From positions 346,812-410,811 of the forward strand of contig JAQGDQ010000194.1 in NCBI GenBank assembly GCA_030141605.1: a stretch of 64,000 nucleotides of DNA, in the 5' to 3' direction. This stretch comes from Tubiluchus corallicola (taxonomy: Eukaryota > Animalia > Priapulida). The notes under the pieces are model-generated. The model was not told where the DNA came from. It saw only the letters and a program-made list of their open reading frames with translations, and ran no database searches. Made by a program: the position numbers and the translations under genes. Shown here piece after piece: positions 49,431-62,037 of the stretch (positions are counted from its first letter, which is position 1; each line of letters begins with the position of its first letter).

Positions 49431-52400
49431 TCTATCTTAGCATGGCTTGTGTGTATATATATGGTTTGAAACTGTCCACAAACTAAAATGTACCTCTTTA
49501 GCATTTACTATCATCAATTCAAACATTGCCAATAAACTGATACCGGGACTGCAATTCACTATTTGGATGTGTATACCATATCGTAATAGCTCTGATTTCA
49601 TATTGAACTTTTATCATATATTTGCATAACACTGATTTGGCAAGATTTGGTTAAAAAATAAGGCACACAACTGTTTGTGCATTCATAGTCAAAGTTTATT
49701 GAACACTGAGAAACTCCAAAACTCCAACTGTTTTCAATCTGTTAGAAAACGCATACCTCTACACAATCTGTCTCAGTTTTACACATTTAGTATGGTGGAG
49801 TAAGGTCTAATGGGTATAGTTTAGTTTGCTTCTCTTTCTAATGCTGTACCTAATCAGACAGAAAAGCTTGGCTAAATTTTGCACATTAAACATTTTCGCT
49901 AAACGTGCATCAAGCGCTACATACTCTCATCTGCCTGAGTTTCAATTTTTTTAATTAAGGGAGTATATTACAAAGACAAATGGGTAAATCATATATCCTC
50001 AGTCGAGATACCAGTTTATTTATTTAGTTTTCCAGTCTCTATGCCTTAAAGTCAATCGCATGGCACTAAAGAATATATTTCCTGTCACATGAAGATGTGT
50101 GGATTGCATAAAAAGAGCTGTCTAAATAGCATCAAATGCACTGTGTATGCACTGGTGGCCACAATAGTGCTACTTTCTTGCAGAAAACTTTTTGGAACTT
50201 GCACCGAACAAGATATAAAAACTGTATCTGAAATGATAGTCCGAACAGACCTTCTTCACTTTCTTCTTTTCTAAAGTCTGAGAAAGTTTCTTTAACAACT
50301 AGATGATAACATACAAGAAAAGAGCCTTCAAGTTTGCAACTTCTTTTACTCTTGCAGTTTCAAATAACTAATTTTGTCGCCTCTGGAATTGGGGCATTAT
50401 CCATCAAGTGAAGTTTCTGTCCCAGACTGAGCTGTTATCTAACCATTTCCTACTGGTGATCATAATACAAATTTATGCAGCACTAAAACTTTGCTGTCTT
50501 TTAGATTTTAGATTCTTCAATACTTGGTAAGGAAATATTTTCACAAATAATTTATATCTTAGTGCACTTAGGCTGAAGTATTTTCAGCTTACAAGAATCT
50601 TATGAATCTTTCGCAACAAGTAAAAGTTTTATGACTGATTATGCTAGATTCACTCTTGAATGTCGAATGTTTAAACCATCTACATTTTGCATCATAATTT
50701 GCAAAAAATTCTTCCTTGCACCATAAATTTTGCTGGTGGTGCCTCATGCTGTCAATGCTGGAAAAGCTAGAATACTCTTCTTATAAGCATACATACCACA
50801 AGCTTCATACCAAGGGTTCAAACTAAGAAAACCTGCACAAATGCATATCTAGAGAGTAAACTTCAATGCAACATTTAGAGAGCTACTAAAGAATCAAGTG
50901 CTGCTGCTTGCTTAACCATGGCCAGTTGGAAATGGTTAGATAGCAGCTCAAACCAAGACAATACTCTTGCTGAGGCAAACAATCTTCACATCATTACCAC
51001 AGCAATGGCTACCTCTCTATCATTGCAAAATATCAGTTCATCTAATAAAAAAACAAAGCCTTTCCAAAACTACTTTCCAGATCTAACCTTGTTATTAATG
51101 CAATTGCTATGTAAACAAAAACCATGGAAACCAGCTTATATAACTAACATTTGACATAATTAGGCATATATATGATAACCTAGATCTGATGGTATTGAGT
51201 ATCACAAAAAGGGCAGCACCTGCTATAACTAACCTTGGGTTTTACTTTTATTTTTACATTTTACTAGGACATGTTTGTTTTGCTGAAATAAGTACTCAAT
51301 TCGTACAAGAGTACAGTACCACATTGAGTACTTGATTCCATGACTGCTCCATGGGAACAATGATTGCTCATTGCATTTCATTGCGTAAAATTAAAAAAGT
51401 TATGTTAACATATTTTTTGCTATTTTCAAATGGGAAGTGGGGAGGGGGTGATTCTATAACCAATAAGTCACAGTTGTCAGAAAAAATGACATACTGCACA
51501 ATTTTAACACAATTTTGTGAGTGAATGTGTAATGTTTGAGTGTGCACAGTGGAATTAAATAATGTTTAGTTTGAACATAAATATTCAAGCACCAATGTTA
51601 TTTCAGGTGTGGCTTCACAAAATGTCCCTTGCTGAATTCCTGCCCAAGTCTGAATACTAAATGATGCAGGAATTTTCTATAGACATGTCAAGTGTAAAGT
51701 GCTCTATAAATAAGAATTTACAGAAGGAAAAAAACACCCAAGAAAAATAAACAAGATCTCTCTGTAAACACATTTCTGGCTATTCTGAGATGGGACAGTG
51801 CACAATGAGAGGCCATTTAAAGTCTTATTCTACAACTGTGCAGTGGATCACAATGGTCCACAGTATGCTTCTGGACAAAACAAATGTTCAAAGCCCTGTT
51901 GTGCAGCTCTTTCCTTTCTATGCTCAAACGTGCACAAGCTAACCTGGAAATTGATGCTCATAACCAGACACAGAAAGCACTAAGATCTTACTACCATCCG
52001 ATACAGTTGAAAACTGCTTCCAGATCCAATTCTTACTGAATTCTAAAAACCACATTAACCTCACTGCTCACTCTATTTGCAATAACTGTTTAAAGTAGTT
52101 TTAGCATAATGAACTAACAGTTATTTATTAAAAATCAAGAAAATTTGCACATTAAATTTGACAGCTTATTCCATGTTCTGGTTTTAATCCTTTATCTTGA
52201 ATACATATTGTCATTTGTTTTTTACCTTCTGCTTAAAGACTTTTTCATTTTTATTTAAATTGAATGATGAACACAACATATTCGAACAGTATCTGATTAA
52301 ATTGTTAGTATTGTTATTATACGTGTATTCATATTTATTGTAATACAGATATTTTTATGATGTTTTATTGGTGATTTTGTTAAAAAATGATAAGCACTAG

Positions 52401-52576
52401 CTCAATGTGCATTGTGTTAACTGTTGGGAATGTAGAAGAAAATTGCTTGCTTTGCAATTGGTCCTTTCGGGCTTCCTTCGTTGAATAAAGGACTTCAGCA
52501 TAAAACATGCTGTCAGAAGTAGTCAACTCTTAGAATTTACTCTTATTATATGGAATAACCCGACCAAAAAATAAAC

Positions 52577-52712
52577 AGTTTACAAGCATAAGTTTATAGT
52601 GGTAGACGCAGACTGTCTCTCAGTTTACCAGTGTTAGTTTATAGTGATAGACGCAGTACTGTTTCTCACTTTACAAGTGTAAGTTTATAGTGATAGACAC
52701 AGTACTGTTTTT
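52577..52712 (+). repeat. Three ~46-bp tandem repeats in the BEL leader
   Basis: a.tttac.ag..t.agtttatagtg.tagac.cag(t)actgt repeated three times with no spacers. Confidence 0.8.
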
Positions 52713-53273
52713 AGTGATGGCTTCAAGTTATTTCCAGATGCCATATAGGTTGGAACACAGAAGTTGGAAGAAATAGATATAGTTTCAAACAGCATCATAG
52801 CTAGCAGTTTATATGCAGAAAGTGAGGCTTAACAGATAAACGCGTAAATTTATTGTATGGGAGAAGATGCAGAGGATATTCACAGCTCGTTCAATTTCAA
52901 ATCCGGGAAAATCCTGAGCACCGGTCGTAACGACAGGTGAAGCCGAGCCTACACACGTGGCAGCAAGTTCTGGGTCCAAGGTCATGCATTCCACGGCGGC
53001 CTCAACTTCAAAATCTAAGTTCTTTAAGAAGCTGAAACGTCATGCATTGAAAATAAAAGAGATTGAGCACAAACTAGAAGCAAAGTAAATGTGTATGAAG
53101 AGTGAGTACGATGATGAGGGAAGTAGAGCTACCCAAAAGAACATTAAAGTTCTGGGCAAAGCCACGATGACAGAGATGTCAAGGACAAAGTCGCTGAATG
53201 GATACAAAAGTCAGAAGTCCTGGAAGAAGCAGTACTGCAGATACTTAGCAAGCTGTGCAATGAGGAACGGCAA

Positions 53274-53581
53274 GATGAAGCATTCGTCACATTAGCTACT
53301 AATGACAGATATGCAGTGGGTGCACTCCTCTGGGCTCGGAGTCTACAGCAAGTGGAGACCTCACACAGTTCAGCAGTTATGGTAACAACACAGGTTTCTA
53401 AGCAAATGATGTTACAGCTTCATTGTACATTTGATTATGTATATGTTGTTGATGCTATATCTAGTTTAGTAAATTTGAGTTCATTAGGTAGGCCAGAGTA
53501 TGGCATTACATATACTATGTGTTACATTGCTGGCATTTAATTAAATTTAAAAAATGCATATTTATTGATGCTAACACTCTA
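53274..53581 (+). pseudogene. GYG: Glycogenin N-terminal (GT8) fragment, intronless
   Basis: DEAFVTLATNDRYAVGALLWARSLQQVETSHSSAVMVTTQVSKQMMLQLHCTFDYVYVVDAISS..NLSSLGRPEYGITYT/LHCWHLIKFKKCIFIDANTL, compared with glycogenin [24 protein letters not shown]...[30 protein letters not shown]. One frameshift near 53519. Confidence 0.93.
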
Positions 53582-56500
53582 ATAAATGTTACTCCTACAA
53601 GAGGGTCTCAGTTTAACACGTCTGCAGCTGGACTTATCCTGGCAAGTCAGTCTCATCGCATAGCAAGGTTATCTGAATATGACATTAGCTTCTCCAAGTG
53701 GGACAAGTAGGCCTAGGCAACATCTATCATCGAACCTGCAAATAATTTTTTACCTGATAGTTCTGCACCAATAGGGCAATCTGGCACTACTGGGATAGAT
53801 GCTGTGATTCTTCAGGGCCAACGTCAATATGCAGAGATGTACAAGGCAAGTGTACAACTAGAAAAATTTGGAGGAAACATTTTACAATTTTAGCATTTTC
53901 TTATAAGATTCGAAACTAGTAGGAGCGTTAGACTTAGGACAAAGCAGCAAGATATACCAGGCTTCTTCAGTTTTGCACCGGGAGCGCTCTGTTGTAGAGA
54001 GCTGCAATTATATGGAACCTCGAGTCACTTACAAGCACGCAAACAACACTTGATTGACAGATTTCCCGTTAGTCATCACTCAAGCCTGGATGAAAAAGAT
54101 TAATGAGACAGACCCCACTAAAATAAATGAACCACACAAACTTCGTCAATTTTCTGATCTAATTATAAGTTGTGTGGACAGTTAGACTATGAACAACCTG
54201 TCAAAAATAAATAACCAGTCAAGTCTTCTACAGAAAGTCAGGAAACTCCCATATAAATATCAAGAGAGATGGAAAGACATGGTTTTCAACATAATGAAGT
54301 CTGGATGTAGAAACCCTTGCATTTTTGATGTTGTTAATTTCGTTAGAGATGTGGCCGATTACAAGATTACAAGACACACAGTTCTAAAGGCAAACGGAAG
54401 AATGACAGTTCATCTTAAATTTCAGACAAATCTAGCATAACAGTAGTTCCCAAACCGAGTGGGCGCTGCCCATAAAGTTGGAAAAAACAAACAACAAAAA
54501 ACTATGAACAACAATGTACAGAAAATAAACAGAAGAACATGCACGCTTTGTAATTCTGACGAACATGCTTTGTTAAAGAATAGTTCCACGTTTAAGGCAA
54601 TGTCAGAAACAGAGAATCTCTAATATGCAAGGAGACCATGAATTTGCTTCAACTGTCTCCTTAGAGACAAGCATAGAGCAGGACAATGCTATAAACCTGG
54701 ATGCAATATTAAGGGCTGCAAACGCAAGCATTCTCCCCTCATTCATGCAGTATGGAAGACCTACTCTCCTTTCAAGAGTCAAGAGAAGCATAATATAGAA
54801 GACAACAAATTGCTCCAGCAGAGCCGATATTGTATATAAGAAGACAGCTATACCAGTTTTATCAATTTTACTTCAACTGAAAGGAAAACCTCCTTTGAAG
54901 ACCTACGCTTTGCTTGATCCCGGATCCACTAATACCTTTTGTTTAAAGTCTCTTTACAATGCTTTAGGAGCAACGGGAAGGAAACAAGAGTTGAGTCTAA
55001 GTACTTTAGAAAAAGCATACAGCAAAGTTAATACTAGAGTGTTTCAGATGACAATTAGTGATACGGATAGCTACAACAGTTTAGTCCTCCCTCATGTCTT
55101 CGCGAGACCATCGCTAATGTACGATGAAGAGTGCATGGATTCTGATGATGATATTCCAGCATGGCCGCATCTTCAAGATATTCCATTGTCTCTGACTGGT
55201 AACAGCCGTATAGAGCGTGGATTCCTCATAGGGCAAGATGTAGATGAAGCCATAATTCCCTTGGAGGTCAGAACTGGTGCTGAAACCCCCCTATGCTGTC
55301 CAGACAAAGCTGGGCTGGACACTAAATGGTACTACAGGAGGCAGAATGGTGAGTCTCAAAGAGGTTGGCAGTAATCATTTTGCTCAGATATCTACATCTT
55401 CATTGAATCTCCAAGATGATCTACAACACCAAGTAGAATAATTTTGGAAGATACACTCAAATGCTGAGGAAGCTCCTCATTCACTTGATTATATCAAAGC
55501 ATGGGAGATATCGGATAATTGAATTCTATAGAATGATGACCACTACGAGTTAGGCATTCCTTTAAAAACAGAAGACAGAAGTCTGCCAGACACCTTTCAG
55601 ATGGCAAGAAAAAGGTTTAGCAAAAGACTAGCTGCTAATCCAGAAATGCATGCAAGATATACAGAGGCAATATATGCTATGCTTGACAAAGGACACGTTG
55701 GAGAAGTCGAAGAAAGCTGTGACTATGAAACAGATTCTCTGGTGTGGTACCTGCCACACTGCAGTTTTTCAAGCTAGCAAATCAGAGAAGACGCGAGTTG
55801 TTTTTGATTGTTCTGCAATTTGCGACGAAATTTCATAAAACGATTTAGCATTTGAGAGTCCTGATTTAACAAACAAATTGCTAAGTGTGCTACTTCGTTT
55901 TAGAGAAAGGTGTGTTGTTGTCATCAGGGATATACGAGAGATGTTTCACATAGTACATGTGTCCCCGAATCAGCCCCGATTCCTTTGGTGGAAAGACGGC
56001 AACCTTAGTGCAACTCCTAGCATTTTTTGCATGACTGTTCATTTATTCGGAGGATTTTGGTTGCCAAGTGCAGATTCCCATGCAGAAAAGAACAGCAATT
56101 GACAATAGTCATGACTTCAGAGAGGAAATCATAAATACAGTGTTGGTGTTGACACGAGCACTGAAGCATCACACATGATCACAAAACTGACTGTACTCCT
56201 CAGTAAAGTTGGTTTTCAATGACAAAGTGGATCAGCAATGAGAGAGAAACATTGAAGCCTGTTCCTGCTGATGATCGAGGCGAAAGTATTAAGGATCTGG
56301 ACTTCTAAAAATCCATTGCATACAAAGCATGCACTAGGCGTTAAGTGGTTGCAGGCGGACGATACTATTGGAATTTCATGTGAAAATAAAGAAAATCCAC
56401 ATACCAAGCGTAGTTTATGAAGTTCACTTGCATGAATTTATGATCAGGAGCATGAACCTATGATATTTGGAGCAGTCCAACCATTCGTGTTAAAGGCGAA

Positions 56501-57571
56501 GATCTCTGCCAGCATGAATATCGGAATAAAAATAAGTCATGGGATGACAAGTTGGACGAGGAAGTGTACACAAAATGGTCCAAATGGAAGAAAGACTGCA
56601 CTCTGCTGCAAGATTTCAGTATTGACAGATGACTACAGCCACATGACTTTGATCAACTAAGATCTATTCAACTTCACCACTTCTGTGATGGGTCGCAAGA
56701 AGCTTACATACATCAGACAAGCAAACATGCATGGTGACACCCACACGACCTTTCTGATGGCAAAAGCGAGACCTGCTCCCATCAAAAGCATCACTGTACC
56801 TCGTTTGGAACTGAGTGCAGCACAGTTAGCTTCAAAAATAGAGTTGATGCTCAGGAAAGAGCTATCTCTGTCGATAGAAAAGTCAGTGTTTTGGACTGAC
56901 AGCATCATGGTCCTTCAATACATCAGAAATTCGTCGAAGACCTTTCGCACATTCGTTCAAAACCGGGTTGTCATTATTTTAGAGGCATCTTCTAAAGACC
57001 AGTGGCGCTACCTTCATTCTGAAGACAATCCAGCTGATGACGCCTCTCGTGGCACAGATGCTGAGCAATTAGTGGTTTCACGAAGACAGAAATAGGGGCC
57101 TGAGTTTCTACGTCAGGAATCTTTTTGGCCATCATTTGATTTAACTGTTCAAAAGGACTAGTTAGATGATGATGCTGAAGTCAAAAGGCATGCTGCTGTT
57201 AATTTAATGCAGAAAGCACAAGACTCAGATAATCTCTAAATAAATTGATACAGCATTATTCCTCACTGATCAAGCTGAGAAAAGCTGCTGTGTGGTTAAT
57301 CCACGCTAAAACTATGATACTGGAGAAACAAAAAAAGAGACAGTGGGAACAGCCTAACTACCTGACACTGTCTGAGTTGGATGAAGCCATGCTAGACATT
57401 GTGTTGTACGTGCAAAAGCGGCACTTTGCTTCAAAAATCAAATCAATGTCTTTAGGAAGTCTAAAATCAAGTAAATCGTCCTACAGAGACAGTGACACTC
57501 TAATGCATGTTGGTGGTAGACTAAGAAATTCAGAAGCTGTTATGAATTCAAAGCACCCACTCATTTTTTCA

Positions 57572-59534
57572 AAGAACCACCCACTTGTTTCCTCAGACAT
57601 TTTTATCACGGGTTAGTCTTAAATACTATTCGTCAACGTCTTATTCGATGCCCGCCAGAAAATTTAGAAATAGCTATTGAAACTGCACAATGTGATCAGG
57701 CAGCAGAAGATATTTGTAAAACTGTTAGAACCCAATCACCATCCCCAGAACCAATCCAGATGGATACAGCATGTGAAAATGCAGCCCCTAATGTAACCAA
57801 CCAGTTGCATGACACCGTACAAGATATGACGAAAACTATAAAGAGTTAATTGAAAAGGTGAAGTCCCAACCTTTAAAATCAAATAATGCCCCTACAAGCC
57901 CTGTACCACAACCACAAGAGTCAAACAGTCAATCATACTCCCAGAGAACTGGTTTGTTTCAGGGTTACAGAAATTCCTTTGTCTAAAGAAGGCTTGGTCT
58001 TCGTAATTTTCTACAGAGACCATTTTATACTACAGAGCCTCAAAACAATACACAATGTCAGTCTCAAACCTTCAGACTGCAAAACTTTCGCATTTTTGAG
58101 CAGAATACTTGTCCAAGTACCTGGGTGAATTTCAGATGCAACCAAATAATTCTCATGACAAGCGATCTGCAGCTGGTTCAGCATGTAATAACCAGTGATC
58201 GGTAAACTAAGTCGAGCTGTGCCTAAGCAGGGCCCAGTACAGCCTAAATTTAACAGGCTAAAATGTGTAAATATGCATATAAATAATTAGGAACGTATTA
58301 ATCAGACCTTGGCAAATGTCAAAATTGCTAATGTACCATATGCATATAAATAATGTACCATGTTTACTATCTGTGAAAATTTGGGAAAAATTACCAGTAC
58401 AACAACGTAAATTATCTACACACAATAGTGAATTGAACTCAGCTTCGGGTCAAGCTGTAGAAGTTTTAGGCCACTGTAATTTACTAGTTGAAATAGGCTC
58501 AAAAACATCCGGTGTTTGTTTTTGCATCTCTCCACAGCTATCTCGAAATGCAATTTTAGACTGACTTTTTACAGGCTTCAAAATCAGTCTTGCATGTTAG
58601 TAAACAAAGCCAGAACTTTTCTTATGCACACGAATTTTAACTGTCAAATTCCAACTAATAAAGTTACAGTATGCCCTAGGGTTCTGAAAAGAAAGAATCT
58701 GCCACAACGAGGCAAATCCTTGTTAATAGAAGATGGGGATGGTATACTATTTTATAAATCACATAAAACTTGTTGTCCAGTAGCTAGTCTTGTTGAAGTA
58801 CAAGCCAAACATACACATGTACTGATTTTGAACACTGGTTCTAACCGTATAACAATTAATAAGGGCAAGTTTTGGCTGTAGTTCAAGTGGCACACCAGGA
58901 AGTGTTTCAAGTTAATGATGCTGAGCAGGTACAGAAACATTTATCCCAGTTTTCAATTAATGATTTTCATTTTAACAGCTGTTATTCAGTAGAGTCGAAA
59001 ACCAGGCAGGGCTTCACACGACAAATTATATTTGAAGGACCTGGGGCAGTTATCAAAATGTTCAGAGCCGAAAGGTGCATGTGTGACACCTACTACTCCC
59101 ACTGAGGTTAGATTATATAAACAACCTACAAGTCTATAACATGGGTTCTCAATCTTGATGTCACGACATAAATTGGGGTCGCCAAGAACCGTCAATCGTC
59201 AACAGGAGCTGAAAGATTTAATAGCTTGAAATATTGATTGCTTTGTAGAAGATACACAGCAGTTAGGTTGCACAATATATCTATTAAATGTCAGCAGTAT
59301 CAAGCACCCATCCATTTACTATCTATTATTGAACTCTTTTAGAAGCAGGCATTATAAGACCAAGAACCTTATTATGTGTTACCAATTATTACTGTGAAAA
59401 AGAAACCCGGAGATTATCGTATGTGCGTAAACTATAGACCATCGAACGTTAAAACAATAGAGAAGATATGGCCTCTTCCCAGGGTGGAAAATGGATGCAT
59501 CATATGCTATTAGGTTTGAAACAAGCTTACCATC
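57572..59534 (+). repeat. Left arm of a long inverted duplication (at least 1963 bp)
   Basis: Position i pairs with 121572-i; six ORFs are mirrored with identical translations. Confidence 0.97.
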
Positions 59535-60320
59535 AAACTCCTGTCTCACAAGCCAGAATCATAACATTTGGCTACTTTTACTAGACATTATGGGAACTAT
59601 TTTTATACCCGCATGCCGTTTGGTGTCAAGAATGCACCTAGCGAATTTCAAAACATGGTAGATTCTTTCACTCAAAAGTTGAAAGAACCGGATAATATAT
59701 AAAGTTGGTATCCTTATATTGATGACTTATTGTGTGCAGCCCACATGCCGGCACGACCTTCGAAAAATCTTTCACGTTTGTTTGTCTAATTTAAAAAGTG
59801 TGAGCAAAAGAAATGTGCATTTTTAAAACCTAAAGTACCATTCTTAAGGCATATTTCAACACCAATTGGCATTAAGGTTGATGAGGAAAAGGTGAAAGCA
59901 ATCAGCCAATTTCACCACCCAGTAAAAGGTGTATGTCGATTTTTAGGCTTTGTAAATTACTACAAACAGTTCATTAAAGACTGTTCTGAACTCATGCAGC
60001 CTTTTATAGCATTGACTAGAAAGGGAGTGTCTTTCAATTGGTCAAAAGAATGCCAGCAGGCATTCGATACATGCAAACAAGCAATAACCACGCCACCTAT
60101 ACTAGGTTATCCCGTTATTAACAGTCCATTCAATCTTAGTGTGGACAGTTAGGGTTATGCAATTGGAGCTGTTTGAGTCAATCAGATGATCATGGGGTAG
60201 AACGAGTGATAGCTTATCACAGTCAGTCACTATCACGATCAGAATGTAAATATTCTCCTATCCAATCCAAATGTTTAGCTATTGCTAGAAGTATCAAAAA
60301 GTTTATACCATACCATGAAC
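57640..60320 (+). mobile_element. Ty3/Gypsy remnant (protease-like region, RT, RNase H)
   Basis: YRMCVNYR, WPLPRVE, LKQAYHQ, RMPFGVKNAPSEFQ, YIDDLL, RFLGFVNYYKQFI, PPILGYP..FNLSVDS, VIAYHS. Confidence 0.88.
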
Positions 60321-60907
60321 TATAAATGGCATTAAGCAGGCTTATACTATATATATAAAAGTTACTGACTTATAGTTGTTATCATACATGTAGAGGAGGT
60401 AAGAAAGATAGACTGAGATAGATTCATTGAAATTAACTCTTAATTTTGTTAAAACAGCACAATTGGTTTGGCTTTTGTAAAGAAGTTCCAATTTTGGCTT
60501 CCACAATGTAAATAAGCTAGACTTCCTGCTTGTTAGAATTTTTCAGAATAAGCAGGAAAATATGCATGAATATGATAGTAAGACAGTAAAATGGCAGAAG
60601 GAGTAATGAAAAATTTTCAAGAGAGTATAAATGTTTTGATTATCAGACAAGTTTCATCGCAAAAGCTGGAAGAAACGTCACGATTTTTTCAATCACAGTT
60701 GATTGTAACATTGATAAGTAAACAATGTAAGACTTATTTTGAGCAACTTTGTGCTCTGCACCTTATTCGAGCGCGAGAAATGGGGCCCCCTGACGTCATT
60801 GGGTCTGGTGCACAGTTTTGCTACATTGTTAAAATGTCAGTTTATTATACTATTAATATAATGGCAGGCCTACAGAACACAACAATGTCATTCAGTGTAA
60901 TAGTTAC

Positions 60908-61066
60908 CTCCCATTTTAGGCCTGGCACAGATGAAACCACATGCAACGGAACTACAGCATTTTTCTGGTCCTGGACAATCGTCATCATTTGAGCAAATGA
61001 TAGATTCACAATTCATGCCCTTATTTAAGTCTGCTCCATCTGGGCAGGAACCCGGTTTTAGTATCC
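60908..61066 (-). CDS. Exon 1 in window: WAP domain, module 1
   Basis: ttttaag|GG...ATGGGAG|gtaact; 159 nt, phase 1 to 1; ILKPGSCPDGADLNKGMNCESIICSNDDDCPGPEKCCSSVACGFICARPKMG, 8 Cys. Not in the ORF track. Confidence 0.92.
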
Positions 61067-62037
61067 CTTAAAATGCAAAAATATAAACAGTTAGTGCACT
61101 CATTATGTTAGCTTTCCATTCGTTGTGTATCATTGAATTTGTCAAGAAATTACAATGAAAAAGGCCAACCCTTTACATCTGACAGAAATTTTGTCATGCT
61201 AAAGAAAGATCTACAGCATCATGTACTTGTTTTGATTTTTATTTTGAGCTAGACTAAATGTATTAAAATAATCGGTGCAGTGCAAGTGTAACTACACTTG
61301 CTATAGTGAACAATTCATAATTCATTTATTAGTACATAAAAGCACACATCTTGCTATTCGAAATGTAAAATAATAAAATAAGCCTCTTTCAGCCCAAATG
61401 TTAAGGTAATCATGAGATCTACTATGTGATTTTAAACATATTTACTAATCATTTTTACGACATACACAACAGTAACTGTCATGAGGTGCTTTGAATCCAT
61501 CAACAGTCATACACTGACAAAGTGATTAAGCAAAGTATTTCATGCGGGAAAATAGGAAAATAGATAATTTGAGGCTTTATGCAAACTACCTATAAATGGC
61601 AAAAATGGATTATTGTCTGTTGACATAGCAACAGGCCAACTAATACTTGGTCGTTGCACACTGCAATTTTGAAACTGGAAAAAATAAAAATAATTTCTCT
61701 GAGAGGAGACCAGAAGGTTCGTTCGAAAGTAGCTGTGAAACCTCGTCACGTATGCCATCCTGTTTAAAAGTATGCCATCAGTTGTTAACGGAGCTGCTGA
61801 TGTATGAGCGTTCTGCGCTCTTGGCCGGAAAAAAGTTGAAGAAAACTGTAACAAAATCAGGTCTAGCAAAATCTTGTGATCTTCCAGAGTATGCATTTTT
61901 CCCAACCGCAGTTGCCACACACTCTGTAAATGATGTGGACTTGCCTGACTATTTATCTGCTGAGGCCAAGGTACAAATGAGTAAGATATTCTGTCTATAC
62001 CACAAGATGTTTACCAGTTGTTCCCAAGCCTTTCATA

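Larger units (their letters stand above)
52422..57616 (+). mobile_element. Old BEL/Pao retrotransposon, 3'-truncated, carrying a glycogenin insert
   Basis: AATAAA..CA (52507) then PBS-like TGCTGTCAGAAGT; gag; TYALLDPGSTNTF protease; WYLPH..RVVFDCSA RT; LHHFCDGS RNase H; TVPRLEL, FWTDS, NPADDASRG, VGGRL..KHPLI. Breaks before the integrase core. The 5' boundary is approximate. Confidence 0.85.

Noticed and set aside
50860-51200. Possible LINE endonuclease fragment (NFNA...NNLHII...PDLT)
   Set aside because: Too degenerate to support without a search.
52577-52712. CRISPR-like array (also considered for 16347-16436)
   Set aside because: Head-to-tail repeats without unique spacers, eukaryotic TE context, no cas genes.
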